64,000 nucleotides of DNA from Hydrolagus colliei (taxonomy: Eukaryota), in the NCBI GenBank assembly GCA_035084275.1, contig CM068751.1:8990001-9054000 (forward strand). The letters are read 5' to 3'. This document shows, piece by piece, positions 23,414 to 36,964 of the stretch. Both the position numbers and the translations under genes were made by a program. The notes under the pieces are model-generated. The model searched no databases. It worked only from the letters and a program-made list of their open reading frames with translations, and was not told the DNA's origin. The first letter of the stretch is position 1. The number at the start of each line of letters is the position of its first letter.

Positions 23414-23426
23414 CCACTAGATGGCA
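23414..23426 (+). promoter_or_regulatory. CTCF-like core motif
   Basis: CCACTAGATGGCA closely matches the CTCF core; lies between the PPM1L 3' end and ARL14. Confidence 0.5.
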
Positions 23427-23650
23427 ACACAGATGGTACGTTGATCCATCACATTATTGAGTTGCCAGTGTTTGCGTCAAGCTTTCCTTGAGATCCATCA
23501 TCAAACAGGAAGGCAGAAGGAGCAGCTGAAATATGGCCACTTTTATTTGAAAAGGCGATTAGCAAGTGGGTCGGCTGTGCACGTGTTCAGGGCATGGTGT
23601 CCACGGTTTAAATTGACAAAACATCTGGGGAAAGTATGCGCCGAGGAGGC

Positions 23651-23963
23651 AAGTCCTGTAGCTCAGTGGTTAGAGCACTCGCCTTACAAGCGTGAGAACT
23701 GTGTTCAAATCCAGGCAGGTCAGGGCGAAGTTTCCTTACTCCACACACACGCCTAATAATAATAATCCCTCCAAAAAAACAATGATAATAAATTGGTCAT
23801 TTCAATCCATGACTGTTTGTGGGACACTGCTGTGCTCAATTGGCTGCCGCATTTCGCCCACAAATATAGTCCATTCACTTTACAGTATATTCTGTGAAGC
23901 GCTTTGAGACATCTAGAAGATGTGAAAAACGCCGTATCAAGTGCAAGGATTATTATTATTATT
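23651..23963 (+). mobile_element. SINE copy (rearranged fragment nearby at ~23135-23315)
   Basis: Matches the family consensus. Confidence 0.9.
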
Positions 23964-24714
23964 ATCTGGGGAAAGTATGTGTCGAGGAGGAAAGTCAATT
24001 TGTATCGTCACACTCATAGACATTGTTCAAACGAACAGTTCTCCTTCAGGATTCTGGGCTCCTGGGTATTGCAGCTGAATGGTTTCCTCTGACGCCACAT
24101 TTGCGTAGTTCAGGATCGAGTACAGTATTGAGGTGGATTTGTGGTAAACAGGGGAAACAGCGAGAGGGAGTTCTCCAGCCTACACTGGAGGTGGAGTCGG
24201 CACCCATGTCGATTTGTTAAAGTCCCTTACGTGAAGACTCCTATCCTCCATTACTCCTGTGCTCACCGGCTGGCATTGAATCGAGGGAAATGTAGCCTTG
24301 ACCCGTCACTACATGCGCATTTACTGGCTGCATTGAATTCTGCATGTGTAATGCAGATTATTGATTAAATCGCATTTTATACTCACGTAACACAGACTTT
24401 GTGCAAGTATATTAAATATTCTGGTCCTGACTGATGACGATTTATGTAAATTTTACTGTATATATTTGCATCTTCGATAACTTATGTTGAATATCACAAA
24501 GTATTGTGAGGAATTATTGCAGCAATTGCAATGCACAGGCTGATTTCATTGCATTTATTCTCCTGAATGTAATTCTGTAGGTATCTAATATACAGTCAAT
24601 TCATTTTACAGTATATTCTGTGAAGCGTTTTGAGATGTCGATAAGATGTGAAAAGCGCTCTATCAAATGTAAGGATTATTATTTTATATCTGCCGTTACA
24701 TGAAAACTACTCAA

Positions 24715-27266
24715 GTCACAATTACAAATTTCAATCTTTATTTTTTTGCACAACACAACTGCTTGCCCACGTTTTCAGTAGTTTTCTGATGTTCATCATT
24801 ACACCGATTTACATATAGTTAGTACATATGTATAATCCTTTCACTAGTTCTGTGTAACTACGACCTTTAGCAATATAATTAATGTCTCGGAATTGTGTAC
24901 TGTACATTTAAGCATACAAAGGATGGCACTTTGTTGCCCAGTAAATAACTAAGACAGTATGGTTTATTTACATCCCAAACAATTAAAGATTCATTTCTAG
25001 CAGTCTGTACTGTCTCCTAGAGACAAATGTAGAACCATGCAGGGTGTCAGAACCTAAAACAAGAGATTGTTGTGTATTTCATTCCCTACTTATCCTAAAC
25101 TCCATCTCTGCAATCCATTGAATTCAACACAAATAAAGCATTGAACATGAGATAAAATACAATTAACTAGGAGTAAGGCAACAGAATGGATGAAGCTGGA
25201 ACCACCTGATCAAACTACATTGATATCCGGACTGTGCTTCCGTTCAGAAAGCTTGGGAATTGGGAACAATAAATTTCAGTCATGAAAACAGACCGATATA
25301 TGTTTACTGTGGTTTAACTTATTCTATGCATTCTGCGTTCTTTCCTTATCCAGAGTCAATAACATCTTAATATTAGAAATCGGAACGTTTTCAATTTAAG
25401 ACACCGACATTGAAATGCTACGAGGGAATCACACATATTACAGTGATATCCAACAGGTCAAAAAAGCAAACTGTATCCGCTCCTTTTCGATTTGATCAAC
25501 TACACTACAATTTTGGCACAAATTTGCGTGAAACCCAAATCCCCTCATGTCACAGAAATGTTTGCAGCAGGTTTACAGTAAGTGTTGAGAGATAATTGTG
25601 GCTTAGCTGAGAGAAAAAAAAATTGCGAGGCATATATAATGTGACTTGATCTATATAAAGCATGGACTAAACAATTAGTTTAAAAAAAAATAAAAAATTC
25701 CAACTCTTTCTTGTTTGTGTGAGAATTAATATCAGATATGGAAAAAAGGTGGCGATTATTTAGCAGATACTGAAAAATCAGCCATGCAATTTACTCCTAT
25801 TTACAAAACAGTGTTAGGATCACTGCACCAAGGGCAACATATTGCTTCACTGTATATTTTTAGATCCCCCCCCCCACCCACCCTGTTAATCTGAATGAAT
25901 TATTCTGATGGGGAAAGCTAAACAAGTACATTCGCAATACTGTACATCCATTTTAGACAGGGCTCAGGTGGAGACTGTTTTACTGATGTCATTTTTCAAA
26001 GACTGTAAGTGTATACAGTACTGTGTTAGCTAACGTTAAGGTTTTTTTTTGATACGAGGTTCACAAATTGGGACCCCGTTTTGCATATTTGTATTTGGAA
26101 TTGTAATAATGACTGTAAATTGCCAGTATGAAATACTATTTGTACTTACTCTAAGTGATGCCGAGATACTTTACATTACTGAAAGTTAAATATAATTCAA
26201 ATAATCATATGACGACCATAGAAACATTGCTATCTTAGCAGCGGAACAACTTTCAAATCCAAAGTTCTTTCCCCCTATTAGCAAAAAAATATATTCTGTT
26301 GAACTATTCTTTTACCCCCAGTGTTCTCCTCTCCTGCAGGCTGTGCCCGAGGACAGTGGAAGGTCAAGGCTGAATCCAATCTTGTCCTCAGCCAACAAGA
26401 CAGAGGGCACTATTCAGCAATCAGGACTGGAAACCCCTGGACTGAGGCCACTTACATAATACTGTATCCCTTTGTATTCTCTTAATTGAATCTTATTTGA
26501 TCAGGTTTTCCTATTCATCCACCTTCCCAAGATGACAATTTCTATTAGAAAATCTAGGCGATTGGATTGTGTTCAATTTAATACCGGTTGGTGTCTTTTT
26601 GTTTGTACAATGACAAAAAACATTGTGAAAAATATCGTGAAATCATACTCGCATCCTGTTCTTATCAGTTTCAAAGCACATTTTAATACTCAGAAGTGAT
26701 ATAAGGCCAACACTGCAGCTCTATTTACCTCTAGCTTCTATGGTGAGTGAGTTAACTGGCCTCCCCTTTCGCAAGGGCTGTTCAGAATTATTCAGCTTTT
26801 CAATTCACAGTTCCTCATTGCCAGTGACAGCCAGTTGATAAAACAAATTGCTAAAACAGCAACAGGGTTCCTGAATGTTTTTTTTTGTATTATTGCTTAA
26901 ATTGGTTCATTTAAAAAAAACAAAGGTGATCACAATTAGTGGCACATTAATAACATAAAATTCGCACTTTTTGTTAACACAGTAAGTGTATTACAGTATA
27001 TATAATAGAAATATAATAAGAATTAGACAATTGAAAACAGTTGCAGATAAAAAGGATGACATTTTGACCTCAGCCTGTTAAAATGAATGTGTAGCTACAG
27101 TACTCAGTTTAATGGTGTTCTACAAGCCATCTACACTGACTGTTCGGATGTGACAATTAATGACCATAACTATTACTATCACACACGTTGCTAAAATTTG
27201 CACAGCGTTAATCTGAAGAACCTGGTCTTCTTAGACTTGTTTTCTTTTTCTTCTTCAAATGCAATT
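24715..27266 (-). other. PPM1L: Probable PPM1L 3'UTR
   Basis: Follows the stop codon; AT-rich, lacks young SINEs, carries TGTAAATA motifs and miRNA seed matches. Confidence 0.6.
24737..24742 (-). terminator. Probable PPM1L polyadenylation signal AATAAA
   Basis: TTTATT on the + strand at the end of a ~2.5 kb stretch free of young TEs after the stop codon; an alternative AATAAA lies at 24963-24968. Confidence 0.55.
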
Positions 27267-27613
27267 TCACTGGTCTTCAGTCTTGCTGTTGTTTCTGAAT
27301 TTCACCACCATTACAGTTATGTTGTCAGGGCATCCTCTGTAGAAAGACTGCAGGACGATGCTCTTTGCGCCAAAGTGAGGCTCGTCGAGACGCTCTTTGA
27401 TAAACCTCACGGCTTCTTCGTTGCTGAAAGCATCCCACAGGCCATCGGAAGCCAGGATCATGAACTGGGGCTGCAGCTTATCCAGGTCAAAGGACAGGAT
27501 GTCAGGGTCAGATATGACCACGTTGAGGTTCTTGAGAGGGTAATCTCCCAGAGAGCGAGACATTGCCAAGATGCCTTGGACTCGCCAAGAACCGTTGAAA
27601 CTTATGAAACCGC
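27267..27613 (-). CDS. PPM1L: Protein phosphatase 1L (PP2C-epsilon) last coding exon (exon 4)
   Basis: 347 nt, cacag acceptor; encodes GFISFNGSWRVQGILAMSRSLGDYPLK...LASDGLWD...CPDNITVMVVKF..., stop at 27267-27269. Confidence 0.97.
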
Positions 27614-27702
27614 CTGTGAAGAGGAAACACAATAGACATGATTCACGCTTGCCACAAAACGTGAAGACATTCCTTTGTTCTATTCATAGGGCTTAATTCA
27701 CA

Positions 27703-28010
27703 TCGTCCTTGCATTTGGTACAGCACTTTTCACGTCTTCTAGACGTCTCAAAGCGCTTCACGGACTATACTGTAAAGTGAATTGACTGTATATTTGTGGG
27801 TAAAACGTGGCAACCAATTGCGCACAGCAGGGCTCTACAAACAGTCATGGATTGCGTGACCAAATTTTTTAATGGGGTTTTTCTTGAGGGTTTATTATTA
27901 GCCGCGTGGAGTAAGGAAACTTGCCCAAGGTTTGGCCTCAACCTGCGGGGAATTGAACCCAGGTTTCTCGCTTGCAAGGTGAGTGCTCTAACCACTGAGC
28001 TACAGGACTC
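27703..28010 (-). mobile_element. SINE copy
   Basis: Family consensus with the GGGTTCAATTCCC head variant. Confidence 0.9.
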
Positions 28011-28502
28011 TGCAATGTACCATATCATATGTACATATTGCTAACAGATTCTAACAAAGTATTTAAAATTCAGAAAGCCTTTCCACCTCAACCTTTTCTT
28101 TGTGACAGGTTCCCCAGTAATTTAATGTGCTAATTAGTTGGAAAAATTGCAGTTAATCAGCTTTTAAAAGCCTACTTTTAGAATATGCAGTAACTCCACT
28201 TTACAATAGATTCTGTGAAGTGCTTTGAGATGTCTCGACGATGTGATGAGGTGCTACATCAAAGGCAGAGATTATTATTATTTTTATTATTATTAATGTC
28301 TTTAAATTGTGGATCGTAAGTGGAAGCTTTACAAGATACAATCCAGTCAAACTCTTCGAGACGGCCTCCTAATGTGAAAGAAAAGGCCATGGGTACTCTA
28401 ACATTGTAGCCCTCATAGATTCCTGATAAAAGAACAGGAACGTTAACTTGTACATTGAAATATACAGCACAGAAACAGGCCATTAAGCCCAACCGGTCTA
28501 TG

Positions 28503-28824
28503 TGAAGTCCTGTAGCTCAGTGGTTACAGCACTCGCCTTACAGTTGTTAGACCTGTGTTTCAAATCCAGGCAGGTCAGGGTGAAAACTTGGGCAAGTTTC
28601 CTGAATCCACAAGCCTAATAATAATCCGTCCAAAAAAAACACATTAATAAAATTGGTCATTTCAATCCATGACTGTTTGATGGGACACTGCTGAGCGCAA
28701 TTGGCTGCTGTGTTTCACCCACAACTATAGAGTCAATTCACTTCACTGAATATATTCTGTGAAGCGCTTTGAGATATCTAGAAGATGCGATAAGCGCTTT
28801 ATTAAACGCAAGGATTATTATTAT
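28503..28824 (+). mobile_element. SINE copy nested in a CR1 tail (~28453-28940, - strand)
   Basis: The CR1 tail ccggtctatg|ctggcatttatgc is split by the SINE. Confidence 0.85.
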
Positions 28825-29897
28825 CATGCTGGCATTTATGCTTCACATGAGTCTCCTCTGCCCCTCCTCAACTAAGCCTACAAGCATAACCTTCTATTCC
28901 TTTCTCCCTGATGTACCTATCAAGCTTCCCCTTTAATATCGCAGATCTTATGAGTTCCAGGTCTCTCTGAGCACAAAAGAGCTGCAGGCAGGGACTAAAG
29001 ACAGTAATGTGGTTCAATACATTTGGAAGAAAATATATTACTCTAAAGAAGTACAACATCGATCTTTGGAATTAAATTAGTAACCTTAGTTTTACAGTCG
29101 ACATTCAAACTATAGTGCACTTGCCTTGCACCACCACCAACAACAAAATCACGCTTCTATAGCGCCTTTCACGTCAGGAGGACGTTCCAAGGCCTTCTAC
29201 GAACCTCACCCAGCTGGACACAAATGGAGAAGGCACCTGCTCGCAAAATATCCATTGCAGAGACTGCAAGGTTAATACTAACAAGTCTGGTGACTTGATA
29301 CCGTTGTAAAAATGAGACGTTCTCAAAGACGTGATCAGGCGCTACATCAAACCCGAGGATTATTTTTTATTATTAAAAATAGCGAGTTCAATGGCCTGTT
29401 CCATTATATTTATCAGACTTTTTCTGTTACGATAACTATGAGAACACTAAAACTATTTTACTCTGGAAAGCACCTGTTCCATGCTTTCCCAAATCGTGGT
29501 TACACAGTGAATGCTGGCTGACAGATTACACAGTGTGTACAGGTGATGGATTTCACACTTGATGCGTGAAGGGCGCCCTAGAAAAGCACAGTCAATTCAC
29601 TTTACAATAGATTCTGTGAAGCGCTTTGAGATGTCTAGAAGACGTGAAAAGCGCTGTATCGAATGCAAGGATTATTATCATCATCATTTTGTTATAGTTG
29701 TTGTTCTCAGAATTCGAAATATCACGCTTGTATTAATCTTTGGCAAACTGTGAAGATGTGTTGAGGCAGGGAGGGGATTCTGAGGGTACAATGGTACATG
29801 AGGTACTAGGGTATATTGTCCCTGGATAAGATCTCACTATAAAGTATTTGCCCCTGCCACAGATTGATGATATTATTTTGCGAAAGGTCGTGATAAT

Positions 29898-30348
29898 AAA
29901 CAACAACAACAAAATTACACTCGTATAGCGCCTTTCTTGTCAGGAGGACGTCCCAAGGTGCTGGAGAGTTACTGCTTTGGACCCGAGCTGAGGACAGGGG
30001 TTCGGGGGTGGGTGGGGGCGGTGAGGTACACAGGTGGAGGATTAGGAGTTGCTGATGGGTCCATCGAAGAAGAGAGTCTTGAGGGGGGATTTGAAGGAGG
30101 TCAGGGAGGGGGCAAGGCAGAGGGACTGCGGGGTGGAGTTCCAGAGGTTGGGGGCAGAGAGGCTGAAGACCTGCCCGCCAATGGTGGGGCGGGCGGGTCG
30201 AGGGATGAGGAGCTGGCCAGAGCGGAGGGAGCGGGGGGGCAGGTTGGTAAGGGGCTAGGAAGTCACGGATGTAGGATGGGATGAGCTTGTGGAGGGCTTT
30301 AAATGTGAGGACCAGGATTTTGAATTGGACCCTCTGGGTGATGGGAAT
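29898..30348 (-). mobile_element. L2 3' fragment
   Basis: PITQRVQFKILVLTFKALH plus the L2 tail. Confidence 0.9.
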
Positions 30349-30675
30349 CATCCAGAGGATCCAAAAAGCGGAATTAAAGGAAAACTGATTGTATTTTGCC
30401 TATCGAGGGTGCAGAATTTATATTTACTCAACAGTTTAACAAAATTTGGTTTCTGGTTTGATGAAATATATGGCACTGCAGTATAAACAGCAGCCTGGCC
30501 CGTCTTTCTGATTGACTGTACCTCGGATGTTGGTGAGAACGCTAATCTCTCTCAGCAACACCCCTCCACTCTCTCCCGCCACCACAACCCACCACACCAA
30601 CAGTTTCTTGACAATGTTATCGGTAGGTCTTCAAAAATGGAATACTCGCCCGGCTCTCGTTCGCTCCCAGATTAC

Positions 30676-30837
30676 CTGCTCGTTTTATCCTCTTCCGTTC
30701 TTTGAGCTGATAAGGCTTGTGGTCGTGTGAAAGTGGAACTGCATTCCCATCCTTGTCACACAGTACGCCTCGTGAATCTCCAACGTTGGCGACCGTGAGC
30801 TCCTTGTCAGAGAGCAGAGCGACCAGACATGTTGTAC
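30676..30837 (-). CDS. PPM1L: PPM1L exon 3
   Basis: 162 nt, ccag acceptor and gtaat donor; encodes TTCLVALLSDKELTVANVGDSRGVLC...LSHDHKPYQLKERKRIKRA. Confidence 0.97.
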
Positions 30838-31119
30838 CTGGAGACAGAAGAACACAGAGGTTACCGTTCACAGGGGGAAATAAAGCAGATCTTGCAATTG
30901 GCGCGCGTTAGCTTTCTGCGCCACAATGATGGATGAGGCATTTGAGTTATTCAAAAATAAATATACAATTTGCGCTGGATCCACGGTGTTGTGTGAAAAG
31001 TAATGAGAGTTTGTCCAGATTTCCTGGACAGCAATATCTCCCCACCCCCCACCCCACTCCCCATCCAGAAATCAATTGGTCATTTATAATAAGAATAAAT
31101 GCGTTCTTGCGTTCGCTTT

Positions 31120-31340
31120 TAGCGTTTTTCACGTCTTCTAGATATCTCAAAGCGCTTCACAGAATATACTGTAAAGTGAATTGACTGAATACTTCTGGGC
31201 GAAACACGGCAGCCAATTGCGCACAGCAGTCTCCCCACAAACAGTCTTGGATTGAAATGACCAATTACTATTATGTAATTTTTGGAGGGATTATGAGGTG
31301 TGTGGACTAAGGAAACTTGCCCAAGATTCAAACACAGGTC
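31120..31340 (-). mobile_element. SINE copy, internally deleted
   Basis: Matches the family consensus. Confidence 0.85.
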
Positions 31341-32629
31341 TACAAACATCCATACGCTAAATATGTTTAAAAATCTAAAACAATTTACCAATTTTAACTA
31401 TCCCCACCCAAACATGCTTATGCTAGAAGTATTTCCTTTACATGGCTGTTTTGGGACATTGATGTGCTCACTGTGTCTGCTGCATTCACCCACAAAAATA
31501 CTGTCACTACACTTTGCAGCGAACACTGAGAAAAGTCTTCCTGTTATGAAGGTGCTATATCGGATGCAAGGATTATTTATATGGCTGTAGAAGTGTTCAC
31601 TACCTTCAACAAATTCCACTAACAGTCACAGAGACATTGACAGGATAATAAAACGTTAATATAAACTTGCTCTAGATACACATCAATCAAGGTTATGTGT
31701 TCAAAATGCCTGTGCTTGTAAACAGTCTGCAGAAGCAATCGTAGAATCGTAGACTTTTTCAGCACAGAAGGAGGCCATTTGGCCCATGGAGTCTGTGCTG
31801 GCTCTTTGAAAAGAGCTACTCAAAGTCAATCGCACTCCCCGGCTCTCTTACAGTCACTTCCTGCCCTGGCTTAAATCCTGCGAGACACTACACAGCGCAC
31901 TATATAAATCCAAGCTATTACGAATATTTATTGCATTGAAATAGCTGCTGTATTAAATAAGTGTATTTTCTTCTAGTAATTGACGCGTAGATATTTTGGT
32001 ATTGAAACGAAGAAATCACAGTGCCCCCAAAAGCTTTAACAACAACAAGCACCTACGCGAGGTAGCAACCCGGACAGCTTAGACATTTTGAAGGGAAATG
32101 CAAATAGGGTTCATTTAAATCTACACTCTGCTTCACATATACTTAAAACAATTGTGTTTAAATAAACGCAAATATTATAAAATCCTATGTTCCTATGAAT
32201 ACTATTCTGTAATGCAAATAACATTTATTGCACAGAGCTTATATTTACATATATTAGATATAGAGAAATGTCTGAAAAGCATGCCCTGTCAGAACAAAGA
32301 TTATTGCTGAAAATCCAATCATTTTAATGTGCGCTAGAGACATGCAGCATGACTTCAAAACACGTTCAGTATGCTCGTGCCCAAACAATAACTACATTAA
32401 TCATGATAATGCTTTATCGACATGAAGGCATCAACGCTGAAGAAAACACAATATATAATTCAAATATCCTTCCAATGGTATAGAATAATATGCTTCAAAT
32501 CCAATTTCATTTCCTTCACAATCAGCACTGACCAAATAAGTTTGGTGGTTTTCAGGCAAGCTATACAAAGTTTTAAAACACTCACTGTGTAAAATCCCCA
32601 AATCAAAAGAATAAATAATATTTATAAAA

Positions 32630-32940
32630 CTAATAATCCTTCCATTTGATATAGTGCTTTTCACATCTTCTGGATGTTTCAAAGCACTTCACAGAATATA
32701 CTGTAAAGTGAATTGACTGTATATTTGTGGACGAAACGTGGCAGCCAATTGCGCACAGCAGTGTCCCACAAATAGTTGTGGATTGAAATTACCAATTTTA
32801 TTATTGTAGTTTTTTTTGAGGGATTATTATTAGGCGTGTGGAGTAAGGAAACTTGCCGAAGATTTCACCTTGCCTGGGATCGAATCCAGGTCTCTTGCTT
32901 GTAAGGTGAGTGCTCTAACCACTGAGCTACAGGATTCCAT
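32630..32940 (-). mobile_element. SINE copy
   Basis: Full length. Confidence 0.9.
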
Positions 32941-33913
32941 AGAAGATATGCTTTGATGCCCTGATAATAATAAACACCATCATTTACTGTGTGATAACTC
33001 TATCTGCATTCACCCTTATATCTAATACAACGAACATGTCCTGATAATGCTTACATAAGTGGAGAAGGTGTGGAAGTCACAGAGTGCTTCTCAATTGCAT
33101 ACTATTTGAGCTGGGCTCATAAAACTCAGCCAAGACATGTGATAGGTAAGGCACAATAAAAATATAAACAGTCCTTTGTCTATTGAAAATGTAAGGCTTG
33201 GCCCTAAGAGCACATTTAGCTTATGTTATGGTCAGCCAACCATGGTCTTATCAACAGCAGTAAACTGCATTTATATACATACGCCTTTCACATCAGATAT
33301 GGAAACCCATCAGTCTCTAAACCAAAGCCGAGAGTTATATGTACACACAGTTCCCATGTTTAATCCCACAAATCTTCATTTCAAACGTCCGTTGGTGCAG
33401 ATTTACACCTCGGTGGACTCCTTTTGTTCCTAACACAACATTTGGTTATAAACTCACAACGCAACTGTAGGCTTCTATCAATAACTCAGATATATACACA
33501 CGCACAACCAGAGTAATACTGATTATCTGAAAGATGACTAATATGTGTTTTACGAAATGCTGGGGATCATCATCTGTCAGTAAGATGGATGAAAACAGGG
33601 TTTCCTGTTTAATTGCCTGTGAAAGAGAGGCCTGGATCGGTACTTATTGCCGAGTGTTGATTGAGAAACGGTAGTGATGCACAACGCAAACAGCTGCAAT
33701 TTGTGCAGAAAGTAGCCATGGGATGAATTGGTTTAGAAAGTTCAATGCAGCATTTGGCGAATATGAAGTAAGGAACAATGCCCATGAAAATATATTTGGT
33801 GCCTTAACACTGAGACAACATGGGCTCTGCATTCTGCATATTAAGGATAGATTAGCCTGATGTCTCGAGTTACAATAATAATAACTGTTGCATTTGATAT
33901 AGCAACGTAATCA

Positions 33914-34236
33914 TGGAGCTCCTGTGGTTAGAGCACTCACCCTACAAGCGTGAGACCTGTGTTCGAATCCAGGCAGATCAGGGTGAAAACCTTGAACAAG
34001 TTTCCTTACTCCACACGCCTAATAATAATCCCTCCAAAAACAACAACACAATAATAAAAATTGTTCATTTCAATCCATGACTGTTTGTGGGACGCTGCTG
34101 TGCGCAATTGGCTGCCGAGTTTCGTCCACAAATATACAGTCAATTCACTTTACAGTATATTCTGTGAAGCGCTTTGAGACGTCGATAAGATATGAAAAGT
34201 GCTATATCAAATGCAAGGATGATTATTGTTATTATA
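33914..34236 (+). mobile_element. SINE copy
   Basis: Near full length. Confidence 0.9.
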
Positions 34237-35274
34237 ATGTCTCAAAGCATTTCACAGATTTACCGTAAGGTGCCTTGGCTGTGTGTCACTCAATTGTATG
34301 ACAGTAAGGCCATACAATCAGCCATGAAATGAATGGTTAAATTTATCTGGGGGTAGATTTTCTGGTTAAATTAAAATTGTATTCAATTAAATTCTTTCTA
34401 AATTCTCTTACTGCAATAAATGTGTTTCCCTGTGTGCATATTACTGGACACAGTCTCCTCCACCATTATTACACCCATCAAATATACTAGTCAGTTTACT
34501 TCACAAGATATTCTGTAAAGCCCTTTGAGACGTCTCAATGATGTGATAAGACTCCAGATCATTATTAATAGAAGGCAGACTCACAAATGAAGCCACAAGG
34601 TTAATGTAGAACCCAGTCTAATACTTCTGTGAAAATACAGAGGCAAATGGAATGAAGATTATATCAGATTTTCTGTTTATCTCTCCCGTTTGTATTTGAG
34701 TCAAGGTTCACATTGTTCCATTGTTTATAATTGTCCAGTCTAAGCAATGGAAAAAAATGCTATTTAAATGTCTGCCGCTGGGCATCTCTAGGGAATAATG
34801 TGTTGGAAGGTGCTCTGGCTTTATCTCAGAAAGTTCACAGCAATATCTTGTTAACTACTGCTAGCCCCTGAAGAATACAGTCTACCTTAACACTATCTTT
34901 AATAACAGCCCTTATTTGTGCAACATCAATTGCTTTTGGTGCATTCGCTTTCCCCGTGTGTTTAAGTCAAGGCTGAAGGTCTTAATGCCAACGTCAGAAA
35001 TAGTGAAAAATAGGTTTCAGAGAAAAATTGGAATTTAATTTATTAAAATATCACCAGTGAGTTTAAAAATCTACAGAAAACCAAGCATAAGGCAGATAAA
35101 CCCCAGATAAATTTGTTGAGCGAATATTTGGACAGAATGTGAAAGTTTCTAAGTGAGCTTGAAGGCATTAGGATAAAATTGTTAGTTTTACATATCACAT
35201 TTCTTAGCTTAATTGATGCCAGTGTTACTTATTACACACACACGCTATGTTGGTTAATTAAGTTTAGGAATAAT

Positions 35275-36295
35275 TTCGCCCACAAATATACAGTCAATTC
35301 ACTTTATGGTGTATTCTGTGAAGTGCTTTGAGGCGTCTAGAAGATCTGAAAAGCGCTGTATCAAATGCAAGGATTATTATTATTATTATTACCACAAATT
35401 TTGCCTCAGTACATTCACGCAAATGAGAATTCCTTCAATCAGTATCATAAAGTTTATTTTTTTAAAAATTCTCAAAGAAAATTTACTCCTACCAAAGGCC
35501 AACGATTTTGAAAAGTTTAAAGCTTCCCCCCCACCCCACCATCGGTGTAACCCGCACCTTGGGTTACCAAATGGCAACAGATAAGATATTTTTGTTAACT
35601 CAAACTCTGCTTGTTGTTGAGGAAGAAGACTTCACAAAGAATGTTGAGGATGTGTATCATTCTCACAGAGACTAACATTTTAACACAGGTCTTAATACTT
35701 CTCGAGGGTTTCAGACACATTGTTGAATGATAAGTGGGATGTGTTGTGTCATATTACCTTCATAAGCTGAAAGGAAAAGGGAAACATAAGAGGGAATTTT
35801 TTTGCTCAAAGCTCCTCTCTCAACTCTCTCAGAAAAGAAGTTATAAATATAGTTATTTTCGTCAATTTTCAAGGTCAACGAAAACTCGCCATTTTCACCC
35901 GCCAATTCACTTTACAGGATGTTCTGTGAAGCGCTTTGAGATGTCTAGAATAGGTGAAAATCGCAATATCAAATGCCAGGATTATTATTATTGTTGTTGT
36001 TATTATTACATGACTTATAGGGAACGGCCACATGGAGTTCTGGAGGATCTCCATTGCATTTTAACAGATACCGATTGTCAGAGTGGATCTAGAAAAAACA
36101 ACGATAAATAGCACAATTTGTACACGTATACAGCAGGATAATAATAATAACAATTCTTGCATTTGATATAGCGCTTTTCATGCCTTCTAGACGTCTCAAA
36201 GAGCTTCACAGAATATAGTGTGAAGTGAATAGACTGTTTATATGTGGGCGAAATGCGGCAGCTGATTGCGCGCAGCAGTGTCCCACAGACAGTCA
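35275..36295. mobile_element. Three 5'-truncated SINE tails (~35275-35390 +, ~35895-36008 +, ~36137-36295 -)
   Basis: Family 3' consensus. Confidence 0.8.
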
Positions 36296-36964
36296 ATTAT
36301 TATTTATTTTTATCATTCAAAATAATACAATATTTTAAATAAATAATAAATAAAAAAGGATTAATATGGATAAATAATAAATGGATAAACTCTTAAAGGG
36401 ATTTACAACGATTGAGTAGGAGCTCCAACAAGGTGTTCGAAGGCACGGTCAAATAAATATATTTTAGATTGGCTGTGTAACATTGCTGCTCTATATTAAT
36501 TCTCTACTGAGATGTACATCTGAACTCTTGCTCATGAAGTGACATTTTAGAAGTTCCAGTGTTTGCCAGATTTACCAGAAAAGCAAAATCCATTCCGTGT
36601 GATATGTACTTTTAAATTTTTGTAATCAGTGTTTGTAATGACCAATTTCACAGTTCACTTACCTTTCAAGGGAACCTACATGATAAATCACCACTTCTTA
36701 CATTATTTTCATTTATCCTACATCTGTTTGCCCAAGCTGTTATTTTTTTGTGTGTGTGGAAATGAGAGGTTTTGTCTCTTTAATTTGACCCATTCACTGT
36801 TGAGTTCCCAGTACCCAGAACAGGTTCAACTCTGCGTAGATTCGACGATGGATTATGTAGGATTGCAGATGTAAAATAGTGGCAAACGCACAACCAGCAG
36901 CTCACTTACTAACTTTTAGGTTAACAAAGGCTATCAGGATTGGTATAGTCGACCGATTTTCTAA

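Noticed and set aside
25960-26040. A miR-101 gene on the plus strand
   Set aside because: No complementary star arm forming a convincing pre-miRNA hairpin; treated as a target site instead.
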